Source: a bacterium (GTDB taxonomy: Bacteria; SAR324; NAC60-12). Taken from it: a DNA stretch of 64,000 nucleotides. The stretch spans positions 288,001-352,000 of the forward strand of contig CBDDTI010000746.1 of the NCBI GenBank assembly GCA_965233585.1. Reading direction: 5' to 3'. This document shows, in pieces, positions 31,149-41,666 of this stretch. Every line of letters starts with the position of its first letter. The stretch's first letter is position 1. The position numbers were made by a program, and so were the translations under genes. The notes under the pieces were generated by a model that saw nothing but the letters and a program-made list of their open reading frames with translations, did no database searches and was not told where the DNA came from.

Positions 31149-31859
31149 TTATTCAGCGATGTAAACGATGCGGAAGCAAAAGGGGCAACTGCGGTAAGAA
31201 TCAGGGTGTGTTCTCATCTCATTCAAAAGTTGGGGCAAAAGCTCAGTATTACAACCTGTGCAACTAGTGCCAGTGACTCTGGCAAAGACAGGGTAAAGCC
31301 CCCTTTCTAAACAACGGTTGTAAAATTGGAGCAATTTAGGTTCTAGTTGCGAAAGAATCTTGTCATAGTCTTTGGTATTCTTGGCAATCTGTTTCTTTAA
31401 GTGTTCAGATTGATTTTGCAGGTCGCCAACGGACTGTTCAAAAAAGTTGGTCTGTTCAGACACTTGAGTTTTGGCAGTGTCTAGGGTGGACTCTAAACCT
31501 TCTATTTTTTCTTCATATTCCAAATATTCATCTTCTAATTGTGAACACAACTTGCGAACGTCCTTGACCTGCATTTTACTGGCAATGAACTCTTTTTGAT
31601 TCCGAATTTGCATGACCTGCTTTTCCATCGTCTTCAGTCTTGAGGTGTTTTCTTCCAGCCTTTGCTTGACAGACTCAAAGGCTGTTTTGGCAGTCTGATA
31701 TTCTTCTTCTTTTTGTTGCATCTCTTGTTCTGCTTGGGTCAACGCATGACGCACTACGGCAATTTCTGCTTCTACATCGTTTAACTTACGTTTGTTGTGA
31801 TTGAGTTCACGTTCTGTATCATCTAGCAAAGCGAGTGTCTGAATTGAATCAAGACTCAT
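31149..31859 (-). CDS. Coiled-coil protein with C4 zinc ribbon (DUF164-like)
   Basis: Long coiled coil, CTGC...CPFCFRIVY. Confidence 0.85.
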   Translation of the reverse strand: MSLDSIQTLALLDDTERELNHNKRKLNDVEAEIAVVRHALTQAEQEMQQKEEEYQTAKTAFESVKQRLEENTSRLKTMEKQVMQIRNQKEFIASKMQVKDVRKLCSQLEDEYLEYEEKIEGLESTLDTAKTQVSEQTNFFEQSVGDLQNQSEHLKKQIAKNTKDYDKILSQLEPKLLQFYNRCLERGLYPVFARVTGTSCTGCNTELLPQLLNEMRTHPDSYRSCPFCFRIVYIAE

Positions 31860-31995
31860 AAAAAAACTCCTAAAGAAATGAGGTTTGCAAACAAAACAGA
31901 CCATTCTATCCTAACCTGCTGGAAAGTTTCAAATCTTCTACAAAGACGCCTACTTCCTCCTAAACAAACCAGACAGACCATGCTATCATTTTGAC

Positions 31996-33078
31996 ATGAA
32001 GTTGCTGAAAGAGGATTTAAAGACATTTCAACAAAGGTTGCTGGAGTGGTTTGCACAAGAACAGAGACCTTTGCCTTGGAGAAGAAAATATCTGCCTTAT
32101 GAAGTTTGGATTTCTGAGGTCATGCTTCAACAAACTCAAGTGGCGGTGGTCATTCCCTATTTTAACCGATGGATGCAAACGTTCCCGACTATTCAACCTC
32201 TGGCAAAGGCATCAGAACAAGAGGTTTTAAAACTTTGGGAGGGTCTTGGATACTATCGCAGGGCAAGGTTTATTCATCAATCTGCCAAGTTGATTGACGA
32301 GCAATTTGCAGGAGTGTTCCCAGAAAGGTTTGAAGACATTCTTTCGTTGCCCGGTGTTGGACGCTACAACGCAGGTGCGATTGCAAGCATTGCCTTTGGT
32401 CAAGATGCTCCGATTGTTGACGGAAACGTGGCAAGGGTTGCCGCTAGATTGATGTTGTGGAAAGAACCAGTCAATTCTCCAACGCTGAACAAAAAACTTT
32501 GGAGTCTTGCAAAAGATTGGATTCCCAGCGGGCAAGCAAGGTTTTTTAACCAAGCCATCATGGAACTTGGGGCAACCATCTGCCTACCTAAAAAGCCATT
32601 GTGTTTAACATGCCCCGTGAGGCAGTTTTGCTTGGCATATCATCAGGGCATGACGCATCTGCTGCCAACCCCAAAGACCCCTAAAAAAAGCAAAGAACAA
32701 CAACAAATCATTGGCATCATTCAGTCTGCTCATCAAATCTATCTTTGTTATGCCAAGTGGGGTCAGGCGTTAGGCGGACTTTGGCAGCTGCCAACATGGG
32801 CTTTGGATTCAAGTCAAAGTGCTGAAGAACAATTTGTGAACATCATCAAAAAAGAATGGGGTCAAATGCCCAAAAATTTGAAGTCTTTGGGACAAGCCAC
32901 GCATTGCTACACTTCCAATCGTATTCAACTCTCTATTTTTGCATGTCATCTGGCACAAACGACCATTCCCCAAGAACATTCTCAAAAATATCATCAAACT
33001 CAATGGGTGGCTTGGCAGGACTTCAAGGGTCTGACTCTGCCCAGCGTTCACAATGATTGCATTCTTAAAAGTCTTTGA
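31996..33078 (+). CDS. mutY: A/G-specific adenine glycosylase
   Basis: RPLPWR, VWISEVMLQQTQV, WEGLGYYRRAR, LPGVGRY, VDGNV, Fe-S cluster C-x6-C-x2-C-x5-C. Confidence 0.96.
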   Translation: MKLLKEDLKTFQQRLLEWFAQEQRPLPWRRKYLPYEVWISEVMLQQTQVAVVIPYFNRWMQTFPTIQPLAKASEQEVLKLWEGLGYYRRARFIHQSAKLIDEQFAGVFPERFEDILSLPGVGRYNAGAIASIAFGQDAPIVDGNVARVAARLMLWKEPVNSPTLNKKLWSLAKDWIPSGQARFFNQAIMELGATICLPKKPLCLTCPVRQFCLAYHQGMTHLLPTPKTPKKSKEQQQIIGIIQSAHQIYLCYAKWGQALGGLWQLPTWALDSSQSAEEQFVNIIKKEWGQMPKNLKSLGQATHCYTSNRIQLSIFACHLAQTTIPQEHSQKYHQTQWVAWQDFKGLTLPSVHNDCILKSL

Positions 33079-33122
33079 CATTCACTCATCAAGATTTATC
33101 AAAGGAATCAATGAAAAAATAT

Positions 33123-33882
33123 GGCATTGTTAAGTAATAAGTGATAGCTGATTATTCCGTTTTGCCATGAACAAAAGAACAGAATATTGTAATGCTTTAA
33201 GAGACTTGCTGTAACATTTGGTTTTCCTTCTCATTCTTGCCAAGAAATGTCTCAAGAGAGAATTATACCCTTCTATCGTGTATGTTTCTGCCTTGGAACA
33301 TGTATGAATTTCTTTGGGAATGACTTGTTTGTAAGCCTTGCAGTGATCAGTCATCACCTGAAGAGGTTTTGTTTCCTTGACCTTGTCCCATAAATGCCTA
33401 CAGGCTTTTGAGTCTCTGTTTCCAAGCACACAATTGATAAATTGCTTCCCACATCTATCAACAGCAATCCAGAGCCAGCAGTAGTTTTTTTTGACTGGAT
33501 GTAGGTGTGCATTTCATCAATTTCCATAATTTCAATGTCTGTGTCCTTTCTTAATGCCTTGAGCTGTTCGCCAAAACTACAGACCCAATTATAAACTGAA
33601 ACATGAGAACAATTCAGCAAACGACCGATTGACCTGAAACCAAGACCCTCCAAATACAACTCTAATGCTCTTCTTTTGATCTGTGGTGAGATTTGACCAC
33701 GATAGGACTTGGTATATTGATAGTTGCAGGCATTGCAACGCCTCCTCGGTTTACCATATAAAAAACCATTCTTAACCATCTTCTCACTTTCACATCTAGG
33801 ACACGACTTCATTGCTACACCATGACTATCAATTCAATTAAATGAACTTAATATCGCATATCACTTATAGTTTAACAATACC
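33123..33882 (-). mobile_element. IS1-family insertion sequence, apparently intact (InsA 33354-33812, InsB' 33130-~33495)
   Basis: TIRs ggcattgttaagtaataagtgata / ggtattgttaaactataagtgata; 8-bp target duplication aaaaatat (33115-33122, 33883-33890); A8C slippery run; EIDEMHTY, MTD, IEGYNSLLRHFLAR. Confidence 0.95.
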
Positions 33883-33901
33883 AAAAATATTATTTTAAAA
33901 G

Positions 33902-33931
33902 TTGCATTTGTTTTTCAAGGTCTGCTAGAAT
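33902..33931 (+). promoter_or_regulatory. Putative promoter of lipoprotein copy 2
   Basis: TTGCAT-18-TAGAAT with extended TG. Confidence 0.6.
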
Positions 33932-33992
33932 CCTTAACTCTCTTTTATTTCTTTTTTTTCATTCTGATTTAACCATGATTTAGGAGTTTTTT

Positions 33993-35227
33993 ATGTTAGA
34001 ACAAATCAAATCCATTCAAACCCTTTTTATCAGGGGGGGGCTTTTTATGACAAGATAATCGTTTTCTTGACACTTCTGGTCTTAGCAGGTTGCACACCTC
34101 CTGCTGAAGAAAATAAGGAGGGAGAGACGAAGAAGGGTGAAGCTACGTGCGAGGTCAACTCAAACAGTTCTGTCTCAACAGGTCAAGAATTGGTTGCCAA
34201 TTTCACTTGCACTACCACATCAATTTATCAAGGCAAAAAATTAAACATCACTTACGATGAAAGTTTGACTTCCTTGAAGCTGGTCGTCTCAGGTGAAGAA
34301 ACAACGGGGCAAAGTGGAAAACTCACCTACACCTTACCTAAACAAGAAGAATTTCAAGCCAAACTGAAGTTAACAGGAGTCACAACAGGCAAGGGACAAC
34401 TCAAGTTTAAGATTTTGAGCAAAAAATCAAACTGGGATTTTACAGTGGTACAAGGGGGACCAAAAGCATTGACGTTGGGTGCAGCGGTTGCGTCAACTGC
34501 TTTTACCAAGATGCAAGACACATCAGGCAAAGCTTATGGACGTTCGGTGATGAGGCTAGACACTTCTCAAACCCTCCTTTCCAATGACGAGACAGTTTGC
34601 AAAGATGCCCCTTTGAATGCACTGCTTGTCTCATCAGATGACTTTGTCACTTGTGAGAAAGTGTTTGTTCAAAAAGGTGATAACACCAATTATGTCATCA
34701 TTCCCAAACAAACTTGGGGCTTAAACGAAACTTACAAAGTTGCAGTGAGAACAGCAAGTGGTGCTTCTGCCTTCAATCGTTCTGGCAATGCCGTTTCCTT
34801 CACTACCAACAATGCCAACCACAACACGGTAGCTCACATTACCAGATTTGATGTTGGGTCAAGACCTAAAGTGCTAAACAATCACTTCCACTTAGAAAAA
34901 GATGGAGAACTCTGGTACTTCATCAACAAAGGCACTACGATGCCGAACTATGATGCGAGTGAATGTCAGGCAATCAACTACAAGGCAACAGATGACAAAC
35001 AATTTAAAAATCTTGCTGACAACAATCAGGATGACAGAGTCTTTGCCAGAACTATTTTAAACGGCAATACTAGTGCGTTTATCGCTAATATTTCTGGACC
35101 CAATGTCGTAGGATATTTACTCAGAGCATCAAGTGATGGTAGAGCAGGATTGAATTTTACAGCGGGAAGAAGGTACGGCCAACCTTTCTATTATCTTTGT
35201 TCTGTGAAGATTCCAGAACGTGCTTAA
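33993..35227 (+). CDS. Variable lipoprotein family copy 2; frameshifted at a G8 tract
   Basis: AGGAG RBS and ATG 33993 read [16 protein letters not shown] then LFMTR-stop; one more G gives [18 protein letters not shown] and the 386-aa ORF. Confidence 0.8.
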
Positions 35228-35254
35228 AGGTTTTCTTTTTTCCTCCCCCCTTCT

Positions 35255-35485
35255 TCATTGCGGGCTTGTTTTTTTGTCATTCCTGCGAAAGCAGGAATCT
35301 ATCCTCTAACTGCTGATGGATTCCGTGTCAAGCACGGAATGACGTCAGGACTTTGCTCACCTTGACCCGCAATCTCTTCTTTTCTGAATCGCTCCGTTTT
35401 TTGAAATTCCGTGTCAAGCACTCAAATGACGTGAGGATTTTGCTCACCTTGAAAACTGTCATTGCTGACCTTGACCCTCAGGTTT
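35255..35485. repeat. REP-like hairpin cluster
   Basis: gtcattcctgcgaaagcaggaatct, gattccgtgtcaagcacggaatgac and related units. Confidence 0.85.
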
Positions 35486-35610
35486 TAAATTTCTCATTTT
35501 TCAAAAGCTGCCCCGCCTGTTTCTTTTTGTGATTGCCCAAGTCATGCTTATTTCTTTTTTTGAGAATCGTGTTAAAATGGCGTCTTTAGACTTGACAAAC
35601 TGACAGCCTT

Positions 35611-35898
35611 ATGATTGCCATAGACACCCTTGCATATACCAAAGCCTTGATTGCAGGAGGCTTCACAGCAGAACAAGCAGAAGTCCAAGCCAACACTTTG
35701 AATCAAACACTCAATGAGTCTTTGAAAGAAGAAATTGCAACCAAAGCAGACATAGCAAAAGTGGAATCAAGAATAGACTCGGTAGAGTCCAAAATAGACT
35801 TGGTAGAATCTAAGATAGACTCAACTCGCTGGGTGTTAGGCATGATTTTAGCTGTGAATGTCGTCATGTTAGGTGTGATTTTAAGCAAATTTTATTAA
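35611..35898 (+). CDS. DUF1640/CCDC90-like coiled-coil protein with C-terminal TM anchor
   Basis: IDTLAYTKALIAGGFTAEQAE, ATKADI, 7-aa repeats VES(R/K)ID, RWVLGM plus TM. Confidence 0.8.
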   Translation: MIAIDTLAYTKALIAGGFTAEQAEVQANTLNQTLNESLKEEIATKADIAKVESRIDSVESKIDLVESKIDSTRWVLGMILAVNVVMLGVILSKFY

Positions 35899-36072
35899 GA
35901 AAAGTCTTTTTCCTTTCGTCATTGCAGACTTGCCCTTTCATCACCTGCAGGGCTTGTCTTTCCGTCATTGCTGACCTTGACCCGCAATCTGACTCTTGTT
36001 TAGAGATTGCTTTTAGAAAGATTATCGTGTCATAATCTTCTCTTTTCGTTCAGGGTTTTCAGATTTCGGGCA

Positions 36073-36453
36073 ATGCAAGCACCACACGGATTTTACAAAA
36101 AGCTAGTTTCCAACGGCTTTACAAGAGAACAAGCAGAAGGACTCACAGAAGCGCATACCGAATTTTTTGAAGAAGTCTTGGAACGAGAGACCAAACTCAT
36201 CAAAGTAGATTTTAAAAGTGAGCTTGCCACCAAGGAAGATGTCCAGAATGTCAAAGATGAGCTGAAACATGTCAGAGATGAACTGAAAGAAGACATTCAA
36301 AATGTCAGAGATGAGCTGAAAGAAGACATCTATTTTTTAAAAGGGGACCAGAAACTCCTTAAATAGATGGTTGCTTTTGGCATTTCTTTAAATCTAATCA
36401 CACTTGGGGTGTTATTAGCCTTTTTGTTCTCTTTTCTTCCTCCTGCCAAATAA
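36073..36453 (+). pseudogene. DUF1640-like protein with in-frame TAG at the conserved pre-TM Trp
   Basis: LVSNGFTREQAEGL, LATKEDV, DELK repeats; aaa TAG atg gtt..., frame continues MVAFGISLNLITLGVLLAFLF to TAA 36453. Confidence 0.75.
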
Positions 36454-36676
36454 AACCCTGTCTTTTTTAGTCACGCTTGTTTTTGAGATTACGTGTCAAG
36501 CACTCAAGTGACTGATGACGTTTGCAGGCTTGTTTTTCTTCATTGCTGACCTTGGCCTTCAGGTTTTAAATTTCTCATTTTTCTTTTAGGGATTAGTATG
36601 TTGGCGGTGTTCTTGTTCTTGAGCTAGGCGTCAATACCTGTGGACTGCCGTCATTGTCTCTCAAATCGCTTTGAGT

Positions 36677-36959
36677 TCAATGAATGTCAGAGGAAGGGAT
36701 TGGTTTTTCTTGAATTTGATCCAATATTTTTGGTAGGTCGTCTGGTAAATCTGCAAGTCTGTATCTAATGCTTGTAAATGTTTGCTTTGTTTTAAAGACT
36801 GAAACTTGAGATGCAAATAACAAAAGACATCACATAACAAATCCTTTTCTTCATCAGCAAAGAATGAAAAAAATCTAATGCTCCTGTGTGTGGGTAAAAT
36901 TTACAAACTTTTGCCTCATTTTTACAAAGATAATGGTCTTGCGCTGTCTTATATTCCAA
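36677..36959 (-). pseudogene. Possible degraded partner (toxin) gene of the Panacea antitoxin
   Basis: A TTG-initiated frame overlapping the antitoxin stop joins an open frame of about 65 codons across a T6 run; no recognisable motif. Confidence 0.25.
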
Positions 36960-37491
36960 AATAAGATTCTATCTTTTTCATGCGTTCAGAGTCGGGTTTG
37001 TAGTTTGGCAAAACAACAGACACAGGCTTTTCTTTGAGTTCAATATAAACCTCAACAAACTCATCTTTCATTGCAAACTCACTTTGAAAAAAGTTTAGCA
37101 AAGACTCATGGGTTATTGGGACGTTTTGACCCTCTTGGTAAGAATTTAGCCAAGGCGATTCTTCGTGAGTCATTTGAAATAACTTGATTGCGTCAATCTG
37201 CATGTAAGTCTCTTTGATGGCGTCAAGGATCGGGCAAGTTTTTTGTGATTCATAATCAATCAAGATGGCAGATTGTCCATATTTCTTAAAATGATGATAG
37301 ACATCTGGCACGACAGGTCCCAATTCCCACGCTTCTAAACCCTCTAAAAAGAGCGGTTTTTTCTCTATCGCCAATGAAAATCCTTGGGCATAATAAAGGA
37401 ACTTTTGTAACTTCAAATTGGAGATGACCTGACCCAAATCAGGTTGACTCCTTGCTATGATTTCTTTGGCAATCTCTATAGCACTTAGCAT
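36949..37491 (-). CDS. Panacea/DUF4065 (SocA/GepA-like) antitoxin
   Basis: ISNLKLQKFLYYAQG, EAWELGPVVPDVYHHFK, MTHEESPW. Confidence 0.9.
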   Translation of the reverse strand: MLSAIEIAKEIIARSQPDLGQVISNLKLQKFLYYAQGFSLAIEKKPLFLEGLEAWELGPVVPDVYHHFKKYGQSAILIDYESQKTCPILDAIKETYMQIDAIKLFQMTHEESPWLNSYQEGQNVPITHESLLNFFQSEFAMKDEFVEVYIELKEKPVSVVLPNYKPDSERMKKIESYFGI

Positions 37492-37607
37492 CGCAGACTC
37501 CTTAAATAAATTTTAAAATGACGATTAAAAGAATAGCATGACTCTTAAACCCAATGCCATACAAGCCACTCTTAAATCTCTCACAAACCAAAAATTATAA
37601 TTTCAAG

Positions 37608-37637
37608 TTGCATTTGTTTTTCAAGGTTTGCTAAAAT
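37608..37637 (+). promoter_or_regulatory. Putative promoter of lipoprotein copy 3
   Basis: TTGCAT-18-TAAAAT with extended TG. Confidence 0.6.
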
Positions 37638-37690
37638 TGTCATCTTGCTTTTGTTCATTTTCATTTAACCACTACCATAAGGAGATTTTT

Positions 37691-38922
37691 ATGTTAGAAC
37701 AAATCAAATCCATTCAATCCCTTCTGTCAGGGGGGGGGCTTTTTATGACAAGATAATCGTTTTCTTGACGCTTCTGGTCTTGACAGCTTGAACACCACCT
37801 AATAAAGAAAGTGAGGACGAAGACACTCAGAATCAAGCTACTTGCGAGGTTAACTCAAACAGTTCTTTGACAACAGGTCAAGAATTGGTCACCAACCTTA
37901 CATGTACCGTATCAGAGACCCATCAAGGCGAAAAATTAAACATCACTTACGACCAAAGTTTGACGTCTTTGAAGCTGATTGTTGGAGAAAAAGAAACAGT
38001 CGCACAAAGCGGAAAACTCACCTACACCTTGCCTAAACAAGAAAAATTTCAAGCCAAGTTGAAGTTGACAGGGGGCACAGCAGGCAAAGGGCAACTCAAC
38101 TTCAAGATATTGAGTCAAGAATCGGACTGGTCATTCACCGTGGTACAAGGTAGACCAAAGTCATGGACTCTGGGTGCTGCAGTTACAGCATCGGCTTTTA
38201 CTAAGATGCAGGATACATCAGGCAAAGCATACGGACGTTCGGTGATGAGGCTAGACACTTCCCAAGCCCTCCTTTCTAATGACGAGGAACATTGCGAAGA
38301 TGCTCCTTTGAACGCCTTGCTTGTCTCATCGGACAACTTTGTAACTTGTGAGAAAGTGCATGTGCAGAAAGGCGACAACACCAATCATGTCATCATTCCT
38401 AAACAAACTTGGGACTTGAACAAAACCTACAAAGTGTCGGTCAGAACGGCTGGCGGTGCTTCTGCTTTCAATCGCTCTGGCAATCCCGTTTCCTTCACCA
38501 CCAACAATGCCAATCACAACACTGCCGCACACGTCACCAGATTTGATGTTGGGTCAAGACCTAAAGTGCTAAACAATCACTTCCACTTAGAAAAAGATGG
38601 AGAACTCTGGTATTACATCAACAAAGGCAAGATAATACCGAGCTATGATAGCAGTGAGTGTCAAGCAATCAACTACAAGGCAATAAATAACAAACAATTT
38701 AAAAATCTTAATAGCAACAATCAGGCTGATAGAGAGTTTGCCAGAACTCTTTTAGATGCCAACAGCTACTATCTTTCTGGTGGCAACACTGACACTAATG
38801 TCCGTCAACTCGACGTAGGAGACGACGGTCGTGGTCGTGTACCGTATGCTGTTGCACCGGGATATGTAGCAAGATATTCTGCTTATTATCTTTGTTTTGT
38901 GAAGATTCCAGAACGTACTTAA
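37691..38922 (+). pseudogene. Variable lipoprotein family copy 3; out of frame at G9, with TGA at the lipobox Cys
   Basis: ATG 37691, G9 at 37730-37738, ttg aca gct TGA aca cca cct (37789-37791) where the paralogs have LAGC(T/V)PP. Confidence 0.82.
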
Positions 38923-38934
38923 ACGTTTTCTTTT

Positions 38935-40040
38935 CGTCATTGCGGGCTTGTGTTTAGGTCATTCCTGCGAAAGCAGGAATCCATGCTTGGTTTGGTGATA
39001 GATTCCGTGTCAAGCACTCAAGTGACTGATGACGTTTGCAGACTTGTTTTTTGTCATTGCGGGCTTGACCCGCAATCTCTCTCTTTTTCTCATTCATTCT
39101 TTCTCGTCATTCGGAGTGAAAGCAGGAATCCATGCCCTGATTGACGATAGATTCCGTGTCAAGCACGGAATGACGGGAGGATTTTGCCACCTTGAAAACT
39201 GTCATTGCGGGCTTGACCCGCAATCTCTCTACAACCGTCATTGCAAGGCTTGCCTTTCCGTCATTGCGTGCTTGACCCGCAATCTCATCTTGTTTTTTTG
39301 AGATTCCGCATCAAGCACGGAATGACGTGAGGAGTTTGCCACCTTGAGAACTGTCATTGCGTGCTTGACCCGCAATCTCTCTCTTTTTCATTCTGTTTTC
39401 ACTCTTTTTTGAGATTCCGTATCAAGCACGGAATGACGTGAGGAGTTTACCACCTTGAGAACTGTCATTGCTCACCTTGACCCGCAATCTCATCTTGTTT
39501 TTTTGAGATTCCGCATCAAGCACGGAATGACAAAAGTTATCATTCTTGCAAAAGCAGAAATCCATGCTTGGTTTGGTGAGAGATTCCGTGTCAAGCACGG
39601 AATGACAGAGGAGTTTGCTCACTTTGAAAACTGTCATTGCTCACCTTGACCCGCAAGCTCTCTCTTTTTCATTCTGTTTTCACTCTTTTTTGAGATTCTG
39701 TGTCAAGCACAGAATGACAGAGGAGTTTGCTCACTTTGAGAACTGTCATTGCTCATCTTGACCTGCAATCTCAAGAAAGTTCTTAATCGCTTCCGTTGTT
39801 TTTTGAGATTCTGTGTCAAGCACAGAATGACAAAAGTTGTCATTCTTGCAAAAGCAGGAATCCATGCTTGGTTTGGTGAGAGATTCTGAATCAAGTTCAA
39901 AATGACTAAGAGGGTCACAGAATGACGGGAGGATTTTGCTCACTTTGAAAACTGTCATTGCTCACCTTGACCCGCAATCTCTCTTTTGTTTTTTGAGATT
40001 CTGTGTCAAGCACTCAAGTGACTGATGACGTTTACAGACT
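38935..40040. repeat. Large mosaic array of about 25 REP-like hairpins in alternating orientation (BIME/NIME-like)
   Basis: Alternating gtcattgcgggcttgacccgcaatct and agattccgtgtcaagcacggaatgac with a few recurring linkers; counted by eye. Confidence 0.9.
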
Positions 40041-40091
40041 TGCTTTTTTGCTCAAACCACTAAAAATAATCAAAATTCATCATTTTAAAAG

Positions 40092-40121
40092 TTGCATTTG
40101 TTTTTGAAAATTTGCTAAAAT
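40092..40121 (+). promoter_or_regulatory. Putative promoter of lipoprotein copy 4
   Basis: TTGCAT-18-TAAAAT with extended TG. Confidence 0.6.
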
Positions 40122-40175
40122 CGCCATCTTGCTTTTGTTCTTTTTCTTTTCAACCATTTATCAAAGGAGTTTCTT

Positions 40176-41472
40176 ATGTTAGAACAAATCAAATCCATTC
40201 AAAACCTCTTGTCAGGGGGGGTCTTTTTATGACAAGATAATCATTTTCCTGACAATGCTTGTTTTAGCAGGTTGTGTGCCACCTGCTGAAGAAAATGAGG
40301 AGGACGCCGCACAGAACCAAGCCACCTGCGAGGTGGACTCTAGCAGTTCTTTGACAACAGGTCAAGAACTGGTTGCCAACCTCACCTGCACCGTGTCAAC
40401 TATTTATCAAGGCAAGCGGTTGAGCATCGCTTACGATGAAAGCCTGACGTCTTTGAAGCTGGTCGTGTTAGGGGACAAAGCGGTTGGGCAGATTGAAGGA
40501 GAAACAGTTGGGCAAAGTGGAAAGTTGTCTTACATTTTGCCGAGGAAGGCTGAATTTCAAGCCAAGCTGAAGTTGACAGGCGTCACAGCAGGCAAAGGGC
40601 AACTGCAATTCAAAATCTTGAGAAAAAAATCAAACTGGGCTTTTACAGTGGTCAATGGGGGTTCTAACCCGTCGCCAAATTCCGGTGGAGGGTCAACGCC
40701 ATCTACTCCAAAGGCATTAACGTTGGGTGTTGCTGTTACAGCAACCGCTTTTACTAAGATGCAAGACACATCAGACAAAGCTTATGGACGTTCAGTGATG
40801 AGACTGGATACTTCTCAAACTCTAGTCTCCAATGACAAAACGGTTTGTGAAGATACCCCTTTGAATGCCTTGCTTGTCTCATCAGACGATTTCCTAAACT
40901 GTGAAAAAGTTTATGTGCAGAAAGGAAACAAAACGAATCACGTCATCATTCCCAAGCAAACTTGGGGCTTGAACAAAACCTACAAAGTGGCAATTAAAAC
41001 GGCTGGCGGGGCTTCTGCTTTTAATCGCTCTGGCAATCCTGTCTCTTTTGCCACTAACAATGCCAATCATAACACAGTGGCTCACATCACAGGCTTTGAT
41101 GTAGATTCGTTCTCTCAAGTCCTAACTGATGACTTCCATTTGGAAAAAGATGGAGAACTCTGGTATTACATTGACAAAGGCGACAGGATACCAAGATATG
41201 ACAGTAGTGAATGTCAAGCCGTCGACTATCAAAATACAAAGAGCGTCAAATTTAAAAATCTTAACAATGATAACTCTGGTAATAGAGCGTTAGCCCAAGC
41301 TGTTTTCGGAGATACTCAACGTCATTACGTTGGTAGAGCTTTCACTGCCACAGTTACTGTTATATGGACACTCAATGGTATCAGACCTTCCGGCTACAGT
41401 ATAAATAATAAGATCGCCGGTATAAACAATATTTATTATTTTTGTTCTGTGACAATTCCAGAACGTACTTGA
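40176..41472 (+). CDS. Variable lipoprotein family copy 4; frameshifted at a G7 tract
   Basis: ATG 40176 reads [15 protein letters not shown] then VFL-stop; G6 or G9 gives SFYDKIIIFLTMLVLAGC and the 405-aa ORF. Confidence 0.8.
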
Positions 41473-41504
41473 ACGTTTTCGTTTCTTCTTCCTTTCTTCC
41501 TTTT

Positions 41505-41666
41505 TGTCACTGCGGGCTTGTGTTTAAGTCATTGCTCGCCTTGAGTGAGCAATCTCTCTTTTGTTTTTGAGATTCCGTGTCAGGCACTCAAGTGACGGGA
41601 GGATTTTGCTCACTTTGAAAACTGTCATTGTGGGCTTGACCCGCAATGACAGTTTTCAAGGTGAGC
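41505..41666. repeat. REP-like cluster ending in a 59-nt fold-back hairpin
   Basis: gctcactttgaaaactgtcattgtggg-cttga-cccgcaatgacagttttcaaggtgagc. Confidence 0.85.

Noticed and set aside
38935..40040. CRISPR array
   Set aside because: Repeats alternate in orientation, the linkers recur instead of being unique, spacing is irregular and no cas genes are present
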